In this document: in pieces, positions 10,001-17,781 of the stretch
Position numbering within the stretch: the stretch's first letter is position 1
Layout: each line of letters begins with the position of its first letter
From: an uncultured Thermoplasmata archaeon
GTDB lineage: Archaea; Thermoplasmatota; DTKX01; GCA-020343715
Assembly: GCA_965369625.1 (NCBI GenBank)
Contig: CBDUQW010000004.1
Span: 5,391-69,390 of the forward strand
Reading direction: 5' to 3'
DNA: 64,000 nucleotides
Position numbers and translations under genes: made by a program
The notes under the pieces: model-generated
Databases searched by the model: none
The model's input: only the letters and a program-made list of their open reading frames with translations
What the model was told of the DNA's origin: nothing

Positions 10001-10494
10001 ACAGGACGGGGCCGGTGGTCACCGTGAACGTGACCGTCCGGAACGCCCCGAACAACCCGCCCGCCGTAGAGACCGTGGGGGACCTGAGGGTCAACCCAGG
10101 CCAGCTTGTGAACTTCATGATGGTCGCCTCGGACCCCGACGGTGACGACCTCACCTTCTCCGACGACGTCCTCCTGTTCGACATCGACCCCGGGACGGGT
10201 ACCATCACCTTCACCCCCGCCGAGGCGGACGTGGGCGTGTGGAGGATCACGATCACGGTGTCCGACGGCACCCACCAGACCAAGACGACATTTATAATAA
10301 CCGTGGAACCCAAGGGGGAGGATGAGGCCGTCCTGGGCCTCCCATTCACCTCCACGCAGCTCCTGGCTGCCATCGTGCTCCTCTTGATAGTCGCCGTCAT
10401 CATCGCGATGGGGCTGCGCTCGAGGCGCCGCAGCCGGGCTGGTGAGGGGACGGACGCCACCACGTCCCGTACCTCACGGGGGGACGCAGCATGA
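7006..10494 (+). CDS. Secreted, membrane-anchored S8 subtilisin-like serine protease with a long Ig-like/cadherin-like repeat stalk
   Basis: Signal peptide MANRGLAVLVIVVLALSMLPPVTALA. Catalytic triad contexts VAVLDTGINANH (Asp), HGTWVAGIATG (His), GTSAAAPLVGGLIALM (Ser). At least 6 ~100-aa beta repeats (for example NAPNNPPAVETVGDL...DPDGDDLTF). C-terminal TM LLAAIVLLLIVAVIIAMGL plus basic tail RSRRRSR. Confidence 0.85.
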   Translation: MANRGLAVLVIVVLALSMLPPVTALAPVDGTDGSAPAEGPDRWWLTWPSDMDRDGIHDWLEDLARDALANDPDSRLDIVVDLERVPSSIDVARLEGLGMEVQHVSVYVDAVLGSVPVGNLDAIRALPGVVMLEAQGRGVFFLSSAVPSVGIDYVHEDLGFDGTGVTVAVLDTGINANHVALDDLDDSSLTDDPKLVAFFDAYANTTAVPYDSGEHGTWVAGIATGTSGGNSPHVGGAPGAKLVGARIGSPGGFPEYTAMRGLEWAIANKDTYNISVMVCSWGIVLGGPNDHNGNSAISRAADRAVEAGISVVVAAGNSALSATVTSPGDAHDVVTVGSVNDNHRISSFSSEGPTTDGRTKPDVCAPGEDITGAWSKSNTGYYEGDGTSAAAPLVGGLIALMLEANPDLTPAQVKQILHEASEHNTEFNAKYFRTPNNGYGWGVVHAPGAVSRARDLRAPSIDIPVSIDSGEELDLTIEGSYVRTQYTDRGENGQSRFGDDEVIIEITVPDEWDRPSRTTSTMEGDIIATGTPAVTSEDGHYLIRVTYRVIDNVDSITVGTPTITFTTVAPVTSSAETYTFTTRETLNNMAGPEGRTRVSVGGNVPPEIQLTNPDGGSDTADAFYVIRWTDDDPDDNARITLYNDPDTDPANGRVLIVSNLAEDPEGEGDAYVWDTSTLVEGRSFYIQAVIDDGANEPFSTYSASAVTIRHTGGNSPPSIEVLQPDGDADVADLTFTIEYLAYDPDDVASVSLYWDANDFGYDGTTIVRDLDESDGLGTYIWDTSTMEEMESVYVYAVASDGQNPQARAYGSGPLTIGHDSGPRVEYWSPTDQDVPLDEPVVVTFDRDMDHEATEAATSIVPSVPGTFSWTAQTMFFTPAGGWTAETDHTVTVSTGALDAEGEALVEVHQWSFRTTISSTPTDPPTVAITTPVQDATVSSFVMIEGTGRDIDDNGKVEVRIDGGDWMKATGTTNWYLTWDSEQTTDGRHTISVRGTDGRDRTGPVVTVNVTVRNAPNNPPAVETVGDLRVNPGQLVNFMMVASDPDGDDLTFSDDVLLFDIDPGTGTITFTPAEADVGVWRITITVSDGTHQTKTTFIITVEPKGEDEAVLGLPFTSTQLLAAIVLLLIVAVIIAMGLRSRRRSRAGEGTDATTSRTSRGDAA

Positions 10495-12539
10495 AACCTT
10501 CATCTACGATATGGTCGCTCTCACATCCCATGCGACGGAAAGCCCGACCGCGCTGGTTCCTGGCCATCGCCCTGGTCACCCTGCTGGCCCTGGCATCGAC
10601 CGCGGGTACGGCCCAGGGGCCGAGGACCGCAGTCCACCGGGTCTCCGGGGTCACCGGGGCCGACCCGGCCGAGGCGCCGACCCACCAGGCCCCCCTGGGC
10701 CTGGAGGACGGGCCCTGGTGGGAGACGACCACCATGGACGCGGACGGTGACGGCATGTTCGACCAGCTGGACGCCCTCGTGGACAGCGGTTCCATCAGGC
10801 CCGTCGACGTGCTGGTGGACCTCGACCACACCCCCACGGACGCAGAGGCGATGACCCTGGCGAACCTGGTGAAATCCCCCGGTTGGGCCCTGTTCCCCAG
10901 CATCGACATCGTGGGCCTGAGGGCCGTCCCCCCGGGGGCCCTGCACCTGCTCCTGGAGGCTCCTGGCGTCGTGATGCTCGAGCCCCGCATTGACGCCGTC
11001 CCCCAGCAGGACGTGGCCTCCCCTGCCATCAAGGCCAGGGAGTCGGACTTCTACAGCCCCAACACCGCCTGGGAGCTGGGCTTCACCGGCGACGGCGTCA
11101 TCATCGCCATCATGGACACCGGCGTGGACGACGCCCACTCCGCCCTGACGGGCAAGTTCGTCGCCGGCGTCGACTTCACCAAGCTCAACAGGCCCTACAC
11201 CTATCCACGGGACGGCACCGTCAACCCCGACGACCAGGCAGGCCACGGCACCACGTGCGCCGGCATCTCGATGAGCACCGGGGCCCCTGGCGGGGAGTAC
11301 ATGGGCGCTGCCCCGGACGCGCTGCTCATCGACCTTCGGATCGGCACCCGGTTCGGGTTCTCCCCGGGCGAGTTTCCCCAGAACACCTACGACGCGGCGC
11401 TGCAGGCCATCGACTGGCTGGCCAGCCATTCCGACACCCGGTGGCAGGGCGGCACCCAGGGCATCGACGTCAACTCCCTTTCCTGGGGCATCCCCTTCGA
11501 CGGAGCCTCCGACGGGACCGATGCGTACTCCCGTGGTCTGGACCAGGCGGTGCTGGAGGGCATCGTCTCGTGCGTGGCCATCGGCAACGAGGGACCTGAC
11601 AACACGGGCATCACGGGCATGTCCGCCTCGTCCCGCAGCATCATCGTGGGCGCCCTCGACGACCTCAACACCATCCTCCGCGACGACGACATCATCGCCC
11701 CCTATTCCACCCGGGGTCCCCGTCACGACGACGGCGACGACTACCCCTACGACGAGTTGATGCCCCACATCACCGCACCGGGCACGAACATCAATGGAGT
11801 GGTGTACGAGAACCGCGGCGGCGACGGCTCCGGCGGTGGCTACGGTGGAAGGGGCTCTGGCACCTCCTACGCGGCCCCCTACGTGGCGGGCATCTCGGCC
11901 ATCCTCCTCGAGGCGAACCCGTCCCTCACCCCCCTCGTCCTGCGCGAGATCCTGATGGCCACCGCGGAGCGCCGCGGCGACCCCGAGTTCCCCACCCTGG
12001 ACCCCTTCTGGAACGGCGACTTCGGCTGGGGCATGGTGGACACCTACTGGGCCACCTACGTGGCCCTCGAGGTCGACGACGTCCCTATGGTGGACACCGA
12101 GCTGCAGGCCTTCGTCACCAACATCAGCGGTGCCACCCTGTCCGACCCCCACCTGATGGTCGAGGCCATCGCCTGGGCGCGCGTCGGCGAGGTGGACCAC
12201 CTGGAGTGGCGCGTCGACCAGGGCCCGTGGAGCGACACCGGCATCGACGACGGCGAGACCACCTTCGAGGTGGACCCCGTCGATATCGGCGAGGGGACCC
12301 ACGTCCTCGAGGTGCGGGCCATCGGCATCGACGGCCATCATTCGGTGTGGAGACCGGTGGAGTTCAACGTCACCCAGTCCGAGGTGGACTACGCCAACGC
12401 CTACTCGGCGGCGGGCAGCATCGGTTGGTGCCTCGCCGGCGTGCTGCTGGTCGCCATCGCGGCCGGCTACGTGTGGTTCAGGCGCCGGGACCTCATCCAC
12501 AAGGGCCTGGACAGGCTTGGCATCGAGAGGTCGCAGTAG
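10491..12539 (+). CDS. Second S8 subtilisin-like serine protease, signal peptide plus C-terminal TM anchor
   Basis: ATGA overlap with the upstream protease. Signal peptide RWFLAIALVTLLALASTAGTAQG. Asp IIAIMDTGVDDAH, His HGTTCAGISM, Ser GTSYAAPYVAGISAIL. C-terminal TM IGWCLAGVLLVAIAAGYVWF plus RRRD. Confidence 0.8.
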   Translation: MKPSSTIWSLSHPMRRKARPRWFLAIALVTLLALASTAGTAQGPRTAVHRVSGVTGADPAEAPTHQAPLGLEDGPWWETTTMDADGDGMFDQLDALVDSGSIRPVDVLVDLDHTPTDAEAMTLANLVKSPGWALFPSIDIVGLRAVPPGALHLLLEAPGVVMLEPRIDAVPQQDVASPAIKARESDFYSPNTAWELGFTGDGVIIAIMDTGVDDAHSALTGKFVAGVDFTKLNRPYTYPRDGTVNPDDQAGHGTTCAGISMSTGAPGGEYMGAAPDALLIDLRIGTRFGFSPGEFPQNTYDAALQAIDWLASHSDTRWQGGTQGIDVNSLSWGIPFDGASDGTDAYSRGLDQAVLEGIVSCVAIGNEGPDNTGITGMSASSRSIIVGALDDLNTILRDDDIIAPYSTRGPRHDDGDDYPYDELMPHITAPGTNINGVVYENRGGDGSGGGYGGRGSGTSYAAPYVAGISAILLEANPSLTPLVLREILMATAERRGDPEFPTLDPFWNGDFGWGMVDTYWATYVALEVDDVPMVDTELQAFVTNISGATLSDPHLMVEAIAWARVGEVDHLEWRVDQGPWSDTGIDDGETTFEVDPVDIGEGTHVLEVRAIGIDGHHSVWRPVEFNVTQSEVDYANAYSAAGSIGWCLAGVLLVAIAAGYVWFRRRDLIHKGLDRLGIERSQ

Positions 12540-12601
12540 GACGCCTCGACCACGTTGGAAACTCGAATCCTTTAAATATCCGGTCTGCTGTGGGGCCGTC
12601 C

Positions 12602-14017
12602 ATGTGCGCCCACAAGACGGAGGACGAGTTCAGCGAGTGGTACAATCGGCTCATCGAGGAGGCCGAGCTCTCGGACAAGCGTTATCCGATCAAGGGCATG
12701 AACGTCTGGCGGCCCTACGGCTGGCAGATCATGACCAACATCGACTCGTGCTTCCGTCGCGAGCTTAACGCGACGGGCCACGACGAGGTCAACTTCCCAC
12801 TGCTGGTCCCCGCCACCGAGTTCGAGAAGGAGGCCCAGCACATCAAGGGCTTCTCCGACGAGGTCTACTGGGTCACCAGGGGCGGCGGCAACGAGCTGGA
12901 TGTCCCGTTGCTGCTCAGACCCACCTCGGAGACGGCGATGTACCCCATATTCAAGCTGTGGATACGGTCCCACGCCGACCTCCCCCTGAAGACGTACCAG
13001 CTGGTCAACGTTTTCCGCTACGACACCAAGATGACCCGCAGCTTCATCCGCGTCCGCGAGATCCACTTCTTCGAGGCGCACACCTGCCACGTTGACTTCG
13101 AGGACGCCGAGAGGCAGATCGCCGAGGACCTGGAGATCTGGTCCAAGGTCTCCAAGGACCTGGCCCTGCCCTACATGACGGCAAAGCGGCCGGACTGGGA
13201 CAAGTTCCCGGGCGCATTCTACACCATCGGCTTCGACGTGCTCATGCCCGCGGGCAGGACGATGCAGATGGCCTCCGTCCACCAGTACAGGTCCAACTTC
13301 AGCGAGCCCTACGAGATCACCTACGAGGACGAGAACGGCGAGCACCAGCACGTCCACCAGACGACCTACGGCATGTCCGAGCGGCTCATCGGCGCCATCA
13401 TCGCCGTCCACGGCGACGAGAAGGGCATCGTGCTGCCCCCCGTCATCGCTCCCAAACAGGTCGTGGTCGTGCCCATCTACAGGAAAGACGACGCCGGCGA
13501 GGTCGTAGAGGCCGCCAGGCAGCTGGCGGAGGAGCTGGACGAGGCCGGCATCCGGGTCCACCTGGACGACCGCGACCTGCGCCCGGGCGAGAAGTACTAC
13601 CACTGGGAGCGCAGGGGGGTCCCGATACGCCTCGAGCTGGGACCGAGGGACATCAAGCACGGGCAGGTGACCGTGGCCGTCCGCGACCTGGGAGAGAAGT
13701 CCACCGTCCGCCGCGACGAGGTGCTGGAGAAGGTCGAGGAGGCGATGTCCGAGATGCAGTGGAGGCTCCTGGACAAGGCGGAGAAGGACCTGCGCGACCG
13801 TACGACCGACCTTCCCGACATCCCGTACGACTACGACCTGGAGGACGTGGCCAGGGTGGGCTGGTGCGGCGAGGAGGACTGCGCCACCCAGATGGAGGTC
13901 AACCTCGAGGTAACGTTCCTCGGCGAGGACATGGACCTGAAGCAGCCCCCCATCGAGAGGTGCACCACCTGCGGCGCGACCTCCAAGGCCACGGTCTACG
14001 TGTCGAGGACTTACTGA
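12602..14017 (+). CDS. proS: Prolyl-tRNA synthetase (archaeal/eukaryal type)
   Basis: True start MCAHKTEDEFSEWYNRLIEEAEL at 12602; the upstream 132 codons of ORF 12206.. overlap the protease and are R/G-rich junk. Class II motifs FRYDTKMTRSFIRVREIHFFEAH. C-terminal CxxC...CxxC zinc motif. TATA 'cctttaaatatcc' ~25 bp upstream. Confidence 0.9.
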   Translation: MCAHKTEDEFSEWYNRLIEEAELSDKRYPIKGMNVWRPYGWQIMTNIDSCFRRELNATGHDEVNFPLLVPATEFEKEAQHIKGFSDEVYWVTRGGGNELDVPLLLRPTSETAMYPIFKLWIRSHADLPLKTYQLVNVFRYDTKMTRSFIRVREIHFFEAHTCHVDFEDAERQIAEDLEIWSKVSKDLALPYMTAKRPDWDKFPGAFYTIGFDVLMPAGRTMQMASVHQYRSNFSEPYEITYEDENGEHQHVHQTTYGMSERLIGAIIAVHGDEKGIVLPPVIAPKQVVVVPIYRKDDAGEVVEAARQLAEELDEAGIRVHLDDRDLRPGEKYYHWERRGVPIRLELGPRDIKHGQVTVAVRDLGEKSTVRRDEVLEKVEEAMSEMQWRLLDKAEKDLRDRTTDLPDIPYDYDLEDVARVGWCGEEDCATQMEVNLEVTFLGEDMDLKQPPIERCTTCGATSKATVYVSRTY

Positions 14018-14055
14018 CGAGGGGCTCGTCCCCCTCCGCCAAGAAAAATGGGACC

Positions 14056-14277
14056 TCAGGCCCGGGCCTCTTCCTGCTCCCGAACGGAGTAGAGGAGGGT
14101 GCCGGCCAGGCCCAGACCGACGCAAATGATGGTGATGGTGTAGACCGCCAGGTCGGTCCAGGTCCCGTACATCGCCCCCCAGATGAAGTAGAAGCCGATC
14201 CCGAAGGCGAGGAGGACCATGTAGAAGACCTTCGGTATCAGGAGGGGCATCTCCATAACCGGCTCTTCCTGGGGCAT
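14056..14277 (-). CDS. Small hypothetical membrane protein (73 aa, 2 TM)
   Basis: MPQEEPVMEMPLLIPKVFYMVLLAFGIGFYFIWGAMYGTWTDLAVYTITIICVGLGLAG; strongly hydrophobic. No homology recognised. Confidence 0.35.
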   Translation of the reverse strand: MPQEEPVMEMPLLIPKVFYMVLLAFGIGFYFIWGAMYGTWTDLAVYTITIICVGLGLAGTLLYSVREQEEARA

Positions 14278-14333
14278 GCGAGGTGCGCATGGGCTAATGG
14301 GAAATAAACCTTTTGGGCTTCCATTTTACGCGT

Positions 14334-15886
14334 TCACCGCAGCGGTCGCGACCTCAGCCAGTCCAGGTCCGACTCGTACAGCTGACGGATGTCGTCGATG
14401 CCGTACATGATCATGGCGATGCGCTCCAGGCCCTGCCCCCATGCGAGCACCGGGTCCTTCACCCCGAAGGGCGCGGTCACCTCGGGCCGGAACACCCCGG
14501 AGCCACCCATCTCCAGCCACTTGTCGTTGAGCAGCACCTCCACCTCCATCGAGGGCTCGGTGTAGGGGAAGTAGCCAGGCCGGATGCGGATGTCGTCGAA
14601 GCCCAGCCGCTGGTAGAACTCCCTCATCACGCCCACCAGCATGGCGAAGGAGGCCCCCGGTTCCATGACGATGCCCTCCACCTGGTGGAACTCTGCCAGG
14701 TGGGAGTAGTCGATGGCCTCGTGGCGGAACACGCGGCCCAGGGAGAATATCTTGCAAGGCTCCTCCGGATGCTCGGCCAGGTACTGGATGGTCAGGCAGG
14801 TCGTGTGGGTCCTCAGCAGCGGTCTCCGGGTCTCCTCCAGGGAGAACTCGCCGCCCCAGCCGCGGGAGCCCGTCTCCCAGCCGTTCTCGTGGGTCTGCCG
14901 GACCCGGTCGATGACCTCGGGGTCGACCCCGAGGTCGTGATCTCCCTCCAGGTACAGGGTGTCCTGGAGGTCGCGGGCGGGATGGTCCTGGGGCGTGAAC
15001 AGGGCGTCCATGTTCCAAAAAGCGGGCTGGACGTAGTCCCCCACCATCTCGGTGAAGCCCATCTGCTTGAACACACGCCTCACCCGTTCCAGGGTCTCCC
15101 GGACGGGATGGGGCCTGCCGCCGTGGAGGGCCGGTGCGTAGGCCTTGACGTCGTAGGGCCGGAGCTCCACCTCCCGCCACCGGCCGGACCTCAGCATCTG
15201 TGGGGTGAGCTGGGCGACCTCCTCCCGGACCTCGAGTCCCCTGGCAAGGACCTCCTTGCCCGGGTCGGTGAGGGTCAACGTCCGGTGGACCTCCTCTCGG
15301 ACCCGGACGACCTCCTTCCGGTCCTTGAGGGACCTCCAGACGACGGGGTCAACGTCCTTCTCTGGGATGCCCGTGGGCCCGGCCTCCACGATGCGGGCGA
15401 TCATCTCCTCGTCGGGGGTGCGTTCCCCGATGGCGCCCTCACCATCGGCGGTGATCTCTAGGACCGTCTGGTCCTCGGTGCGGCGGATCTCGGCCCACCC
15501 CCGGCGCTTGAGCCAGCCAAGGGCGATGGAGACCTCCTTCTTCTCCATGCCCGCCTCGGGACCCAGGTCGCCCGTGCCCATCATCCCGGTGTTCGAGAGG
15601 GCGATGAGCGCCCTGCGCTCCGGAAGGCCCCGCTCTACCACCTGGGGGGCCTCGGGTCCCGCCACCACGTAGCGGTCCACCCGCTCGCCGATGGTCACCA
15701 GGCCCTTGCTGGCAAGCCAGGAGGCCGAGTTCATCACCTCCACCATCTCCTGGAAGCCCGCTTCCTTCTGGATCGTGTCGACCTCGGCGCCGTCCAGCGC
15801 CTCCAGTGCCAGCAGCACCTTGCGCTCCCCCGCGCTCAGCTTGTCGACCAACGCATCCAGCTCGTCCACCAGCTCGTCCACCAGCT
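14334..15886 (-). CDS. pheS: Phenylalanyl-tRNA synthetase alpha subunit
   Basis: Class II core ...FRHEAIDYSHLAEFHQVEGIVMEPGASFA...GYFPYTEPSMEVEV...GSGVFRPEV. The N-terminal 55 codons of ORF ..16052 read through an A/T-rich promoter-like box (15917-15938) and are rejected. Probable GTG start within the ELVDELVDEL tandem-repeat region. Confidence 0.85.
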
Positions 15887-15945
15887 CACCACCAGCTCGT
15901 CCTTGGCCGATTGCCTGCGGGCGTATTAATAATTGCCCTCGCACC

Positions 15946-17283
15946 TCACGGGACCAGGCGCTGGCGGTCCCGCGGGTACAGCACGGTCTCGCGGATGTTG
16001 GACAGGCCCAGCAGCATCTGGAGCAACCGCTCCACCCCGTAGCCGAAGCCACCGTGGGGCGGCATGCCGTAGCGGAAGGCCTTGAGGTAGAACTCGAAGT
16101 CCCCGGCCCGCAGTCCAGCCTCCTCGATCTGGGCGGTGACCACGTCCAGGCGATGCTCGCGCTTCCCGCCGCTGGCGATCTCCTGGCCCCGGACGCCCAG
16201 GTCGAAGTAGCCAGTGAGGTGGGGCCGGTCCTCGTAGCGGTGGGCGTAGAAGGTCCCCACCTTGTATCTGGTGGGGAAGTCGGTGATGAAGTAGTAGTCC
16301 TCGCCCCACCGCTGGTGGACGATCTTGCCCAGGGCCTTCTCGTGCTCGGTCCCCATCTCGGCCTCCTCGGGCACGTCGACCCCGTCCTCCCGCAGCATGT
16401 CGATGCACTCCTCGTAGGGTATCCTGCGGAAGGGCTGTGGGGGCACGTCCAGGCGGACCATCAACAGGTCCAGCAGCTCCTGGCCCCCCTCGATGAGGTG
16501 CCGAACGCCGTCCACCGTCATCCGCTCCACCGTACTCATCACGTCCTCCGAGGTGGTAACGAAGGCCTGCTCGGCGTCCAGGGACGTGAACTCCGCCAGG
16601 TGGCGAACGGTGTCGGAGGGCTCGGCGCGGAAGGCGGGGGCCACCTCGAAGACGCGGTCCAGACCGGTGGCCATCAGGTGCTGCTTGTAAAGCTGGGGGC
16701 TCTGGGCCAGGTAGGCGGGCTTGCCGAAGTACTCCAGTTGGAACAGCGTGGCGCCGCCCTCGGCGCCGGCGGACACGATCTTCGGGGTCGCGACCTCCAC
16801 GAAGCCCTGGTCGGTGAGGCTGCGTCGGAGGCCCTCGGTGAGGATGGAGCGCAGGCGGAATATGGCGGCCACCTCGGGCTTGCGGACGTCCATGAAGCGG
16901 TTGTCCAGACGGGTGTCCAGGTCGGCGCCCACCTTGTCCACCACCCCCAGGGGCAGGGGGACGTCGGCCCGCGCCAGCAGCTCCCACGAGCTGGGAAGCA
17001 CCTCGAAGCCGGCCTTGGCCTGGTCGTTCTCCTGGACGGTGCCCGTGACGGTGATGACGCTCTCCCTCGGCAGCTCCACCAGTTCGCGGAACCCCTCGGG
17101 ACCCATCTCCTTCTTGATGGCCGTCACCTGCAGCACCCCGCCCCGGTCGCGCACCTGGAGGAATGCGATCCCGCCCAGGTTGCGCACGTCCTGGAGCCAG
17201 CCGGCCACGGTCACGGTGGTGCCGAAGTCCTCGGGGGTAATCTCGGAGGAGTATCGTTCTCGGAGGGGCTTGGGTCCTTCCAT
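15946..17283 (-). CDS. aspS: Aspartyl-tRNA synthetase (archaeal type)
   Basis: Start MEGPKPLRERYSSEITPEDFG at 17283. Motifs FRAEPSDTVRHLAEFTSLD and GMPPHGGFGYGVERLLQMLLGLSNIRETVLYPRDRQRLVP. Confidence 0.9.
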   Translation of the reverse strand: MEGPKPLRERYSSEITPEDFGTTVTVAGWLQDVRNLGGIAFLQVRDRGGVLQVTAIKKEMGPEGFRELVELPRESVITVTGTVQENDQAKAGFEVLPSSWELLARADVPLPLGVVDKVGADLDTRLDNRFMDVRKPEVAAIFRLRSILTEGLRRSLTDQGFVEVATPKIVSAGAEGGATLFQLEYFGKPAYLAQSPQLYKQHLMATGLDRVFEVAPAFRAEPSDTVRHLAEFTSLDAEQAFVTTSEDVMSTVERMTVDGVRHLIEGGQELLDLLMVRLDVPPQPFRRIPYEECIDMLREDGVDVPEEAEMGTEHEKALGKIVHQRWGEDYYFITDFPTRYKVGTFYAHRYEDRPHLTGYFDLGVRGQEIASGGKREHRLDVVTAQIEEAGLRAGDFEFYLKAFRYGMPPHGGFGYGVERLLQMLLGLSNIRETVLYPRDRQRLVP

Positions 17284-17362
17284 GCTACCGCCGCGCACTG
17301 AAAAGAACGAACCGTTCAAATAGCTTCGCATCGGAGGGGAGGGCCAACGCCGTCGGAACATT

Positions 17363-17398
17363 GATATATATGATTGAACATTTGAGCAATTGTTCAAT
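17363..17398. promoter_or_regulatory. Divergent promoter region with TATA-like box plus ArsR-type operator (8-10-8 inverted repeat)
   Basis: 'gatatatatg' at 17363-17372, then ATTGAACA (17373-17380), tttgagcaat, TGTTCAAT (17391-17398), 20 bp before the ArsR-like ATG at 17418. Confidence 0.45.
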
Positions 17399-17417
17399 TG
17401 TTTTGGAGAGAGCGGAC

Positions 17418-17777
17418 ATGCCAGCCAAGGAATCGTACACCTGCCAGGTCAGAGCCCTTCACGAGGACGCCGTCCAGGTCGCCAGGTCGTCCTCCCTCAC
17501 CGATCCCGAGGTGGAGGAGCTTGCCCGCCTGTTCAAGGTCCTGGGCGACCCGACCAGGACCCGCATCCTCCGCGCCCTGCGTTCCGGCGAGCTGTGCGTG
17601 TGCGACATAAGCCACGTGCTGGGCATGTCGGTCTCCTCCGTGTCCCACCAGCTGCGCGTCCTGCGCCAGCACAACCTCGTGAGGCCCCGCCGAGACGGCA
17701 AGATCGTCTTTTACACCCTGGCCGACACTCACGTGCTGGCCCTTCACGAGACCGCCCTCGAGCACGTCAGGGAGTGA
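17418..17777 (+). CDS. ArsR/SmtB-family metal-responsive transcriptional repressor
   Basis: MPAKESYTCQVRAL...LFKVLGDPTRTRILRALRSGELCVCDISHVLGMSVSSVSHQLRVLRQHNLV is a wHTH with metal-binding Cys (CVC) in alpha3. Confidence 0.8.
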   Translation: MPAKESYTCQVRALHEDAVQVARSSSLTDPEVEELARLFKVLGDPTRTRILRALRSGELCVCDISHVLGMSVSSVSHQLRVLRQHNLVRPRRDGKIVFYTLADTHVLALHETALEHVRE

Positions 17778-17781
17778 TCCC

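Noticed and set aside
7429-10275. 948-aa ORF on the minus strand antisense to the large S8 protease
   Set aside because: G/R/V/P/D-rich low-complexity translation typical of antisense frames in high-GC DNA. The sense strand carries a clear protease with a catalytic triad.
10521-12500. 659-aa minus-strand ORF antisense to the second S8 protease
   Set aside because: Same high-GC antisense artefact: no motifs, and G/A/V/R-biased composition.
12572-14290. 572-aa minus-strand ORF antisense to proS
   Set aside because: Overlaps a confidently identified ProRS on the opposite strand. The translation is low complexity.
15691-17301. 536-aa plus-strand ORF antisense to aspS
   Set aside because: Low-complexity A/G/L/V-rich translation. 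aspS on the opposite strand is unambiguous.
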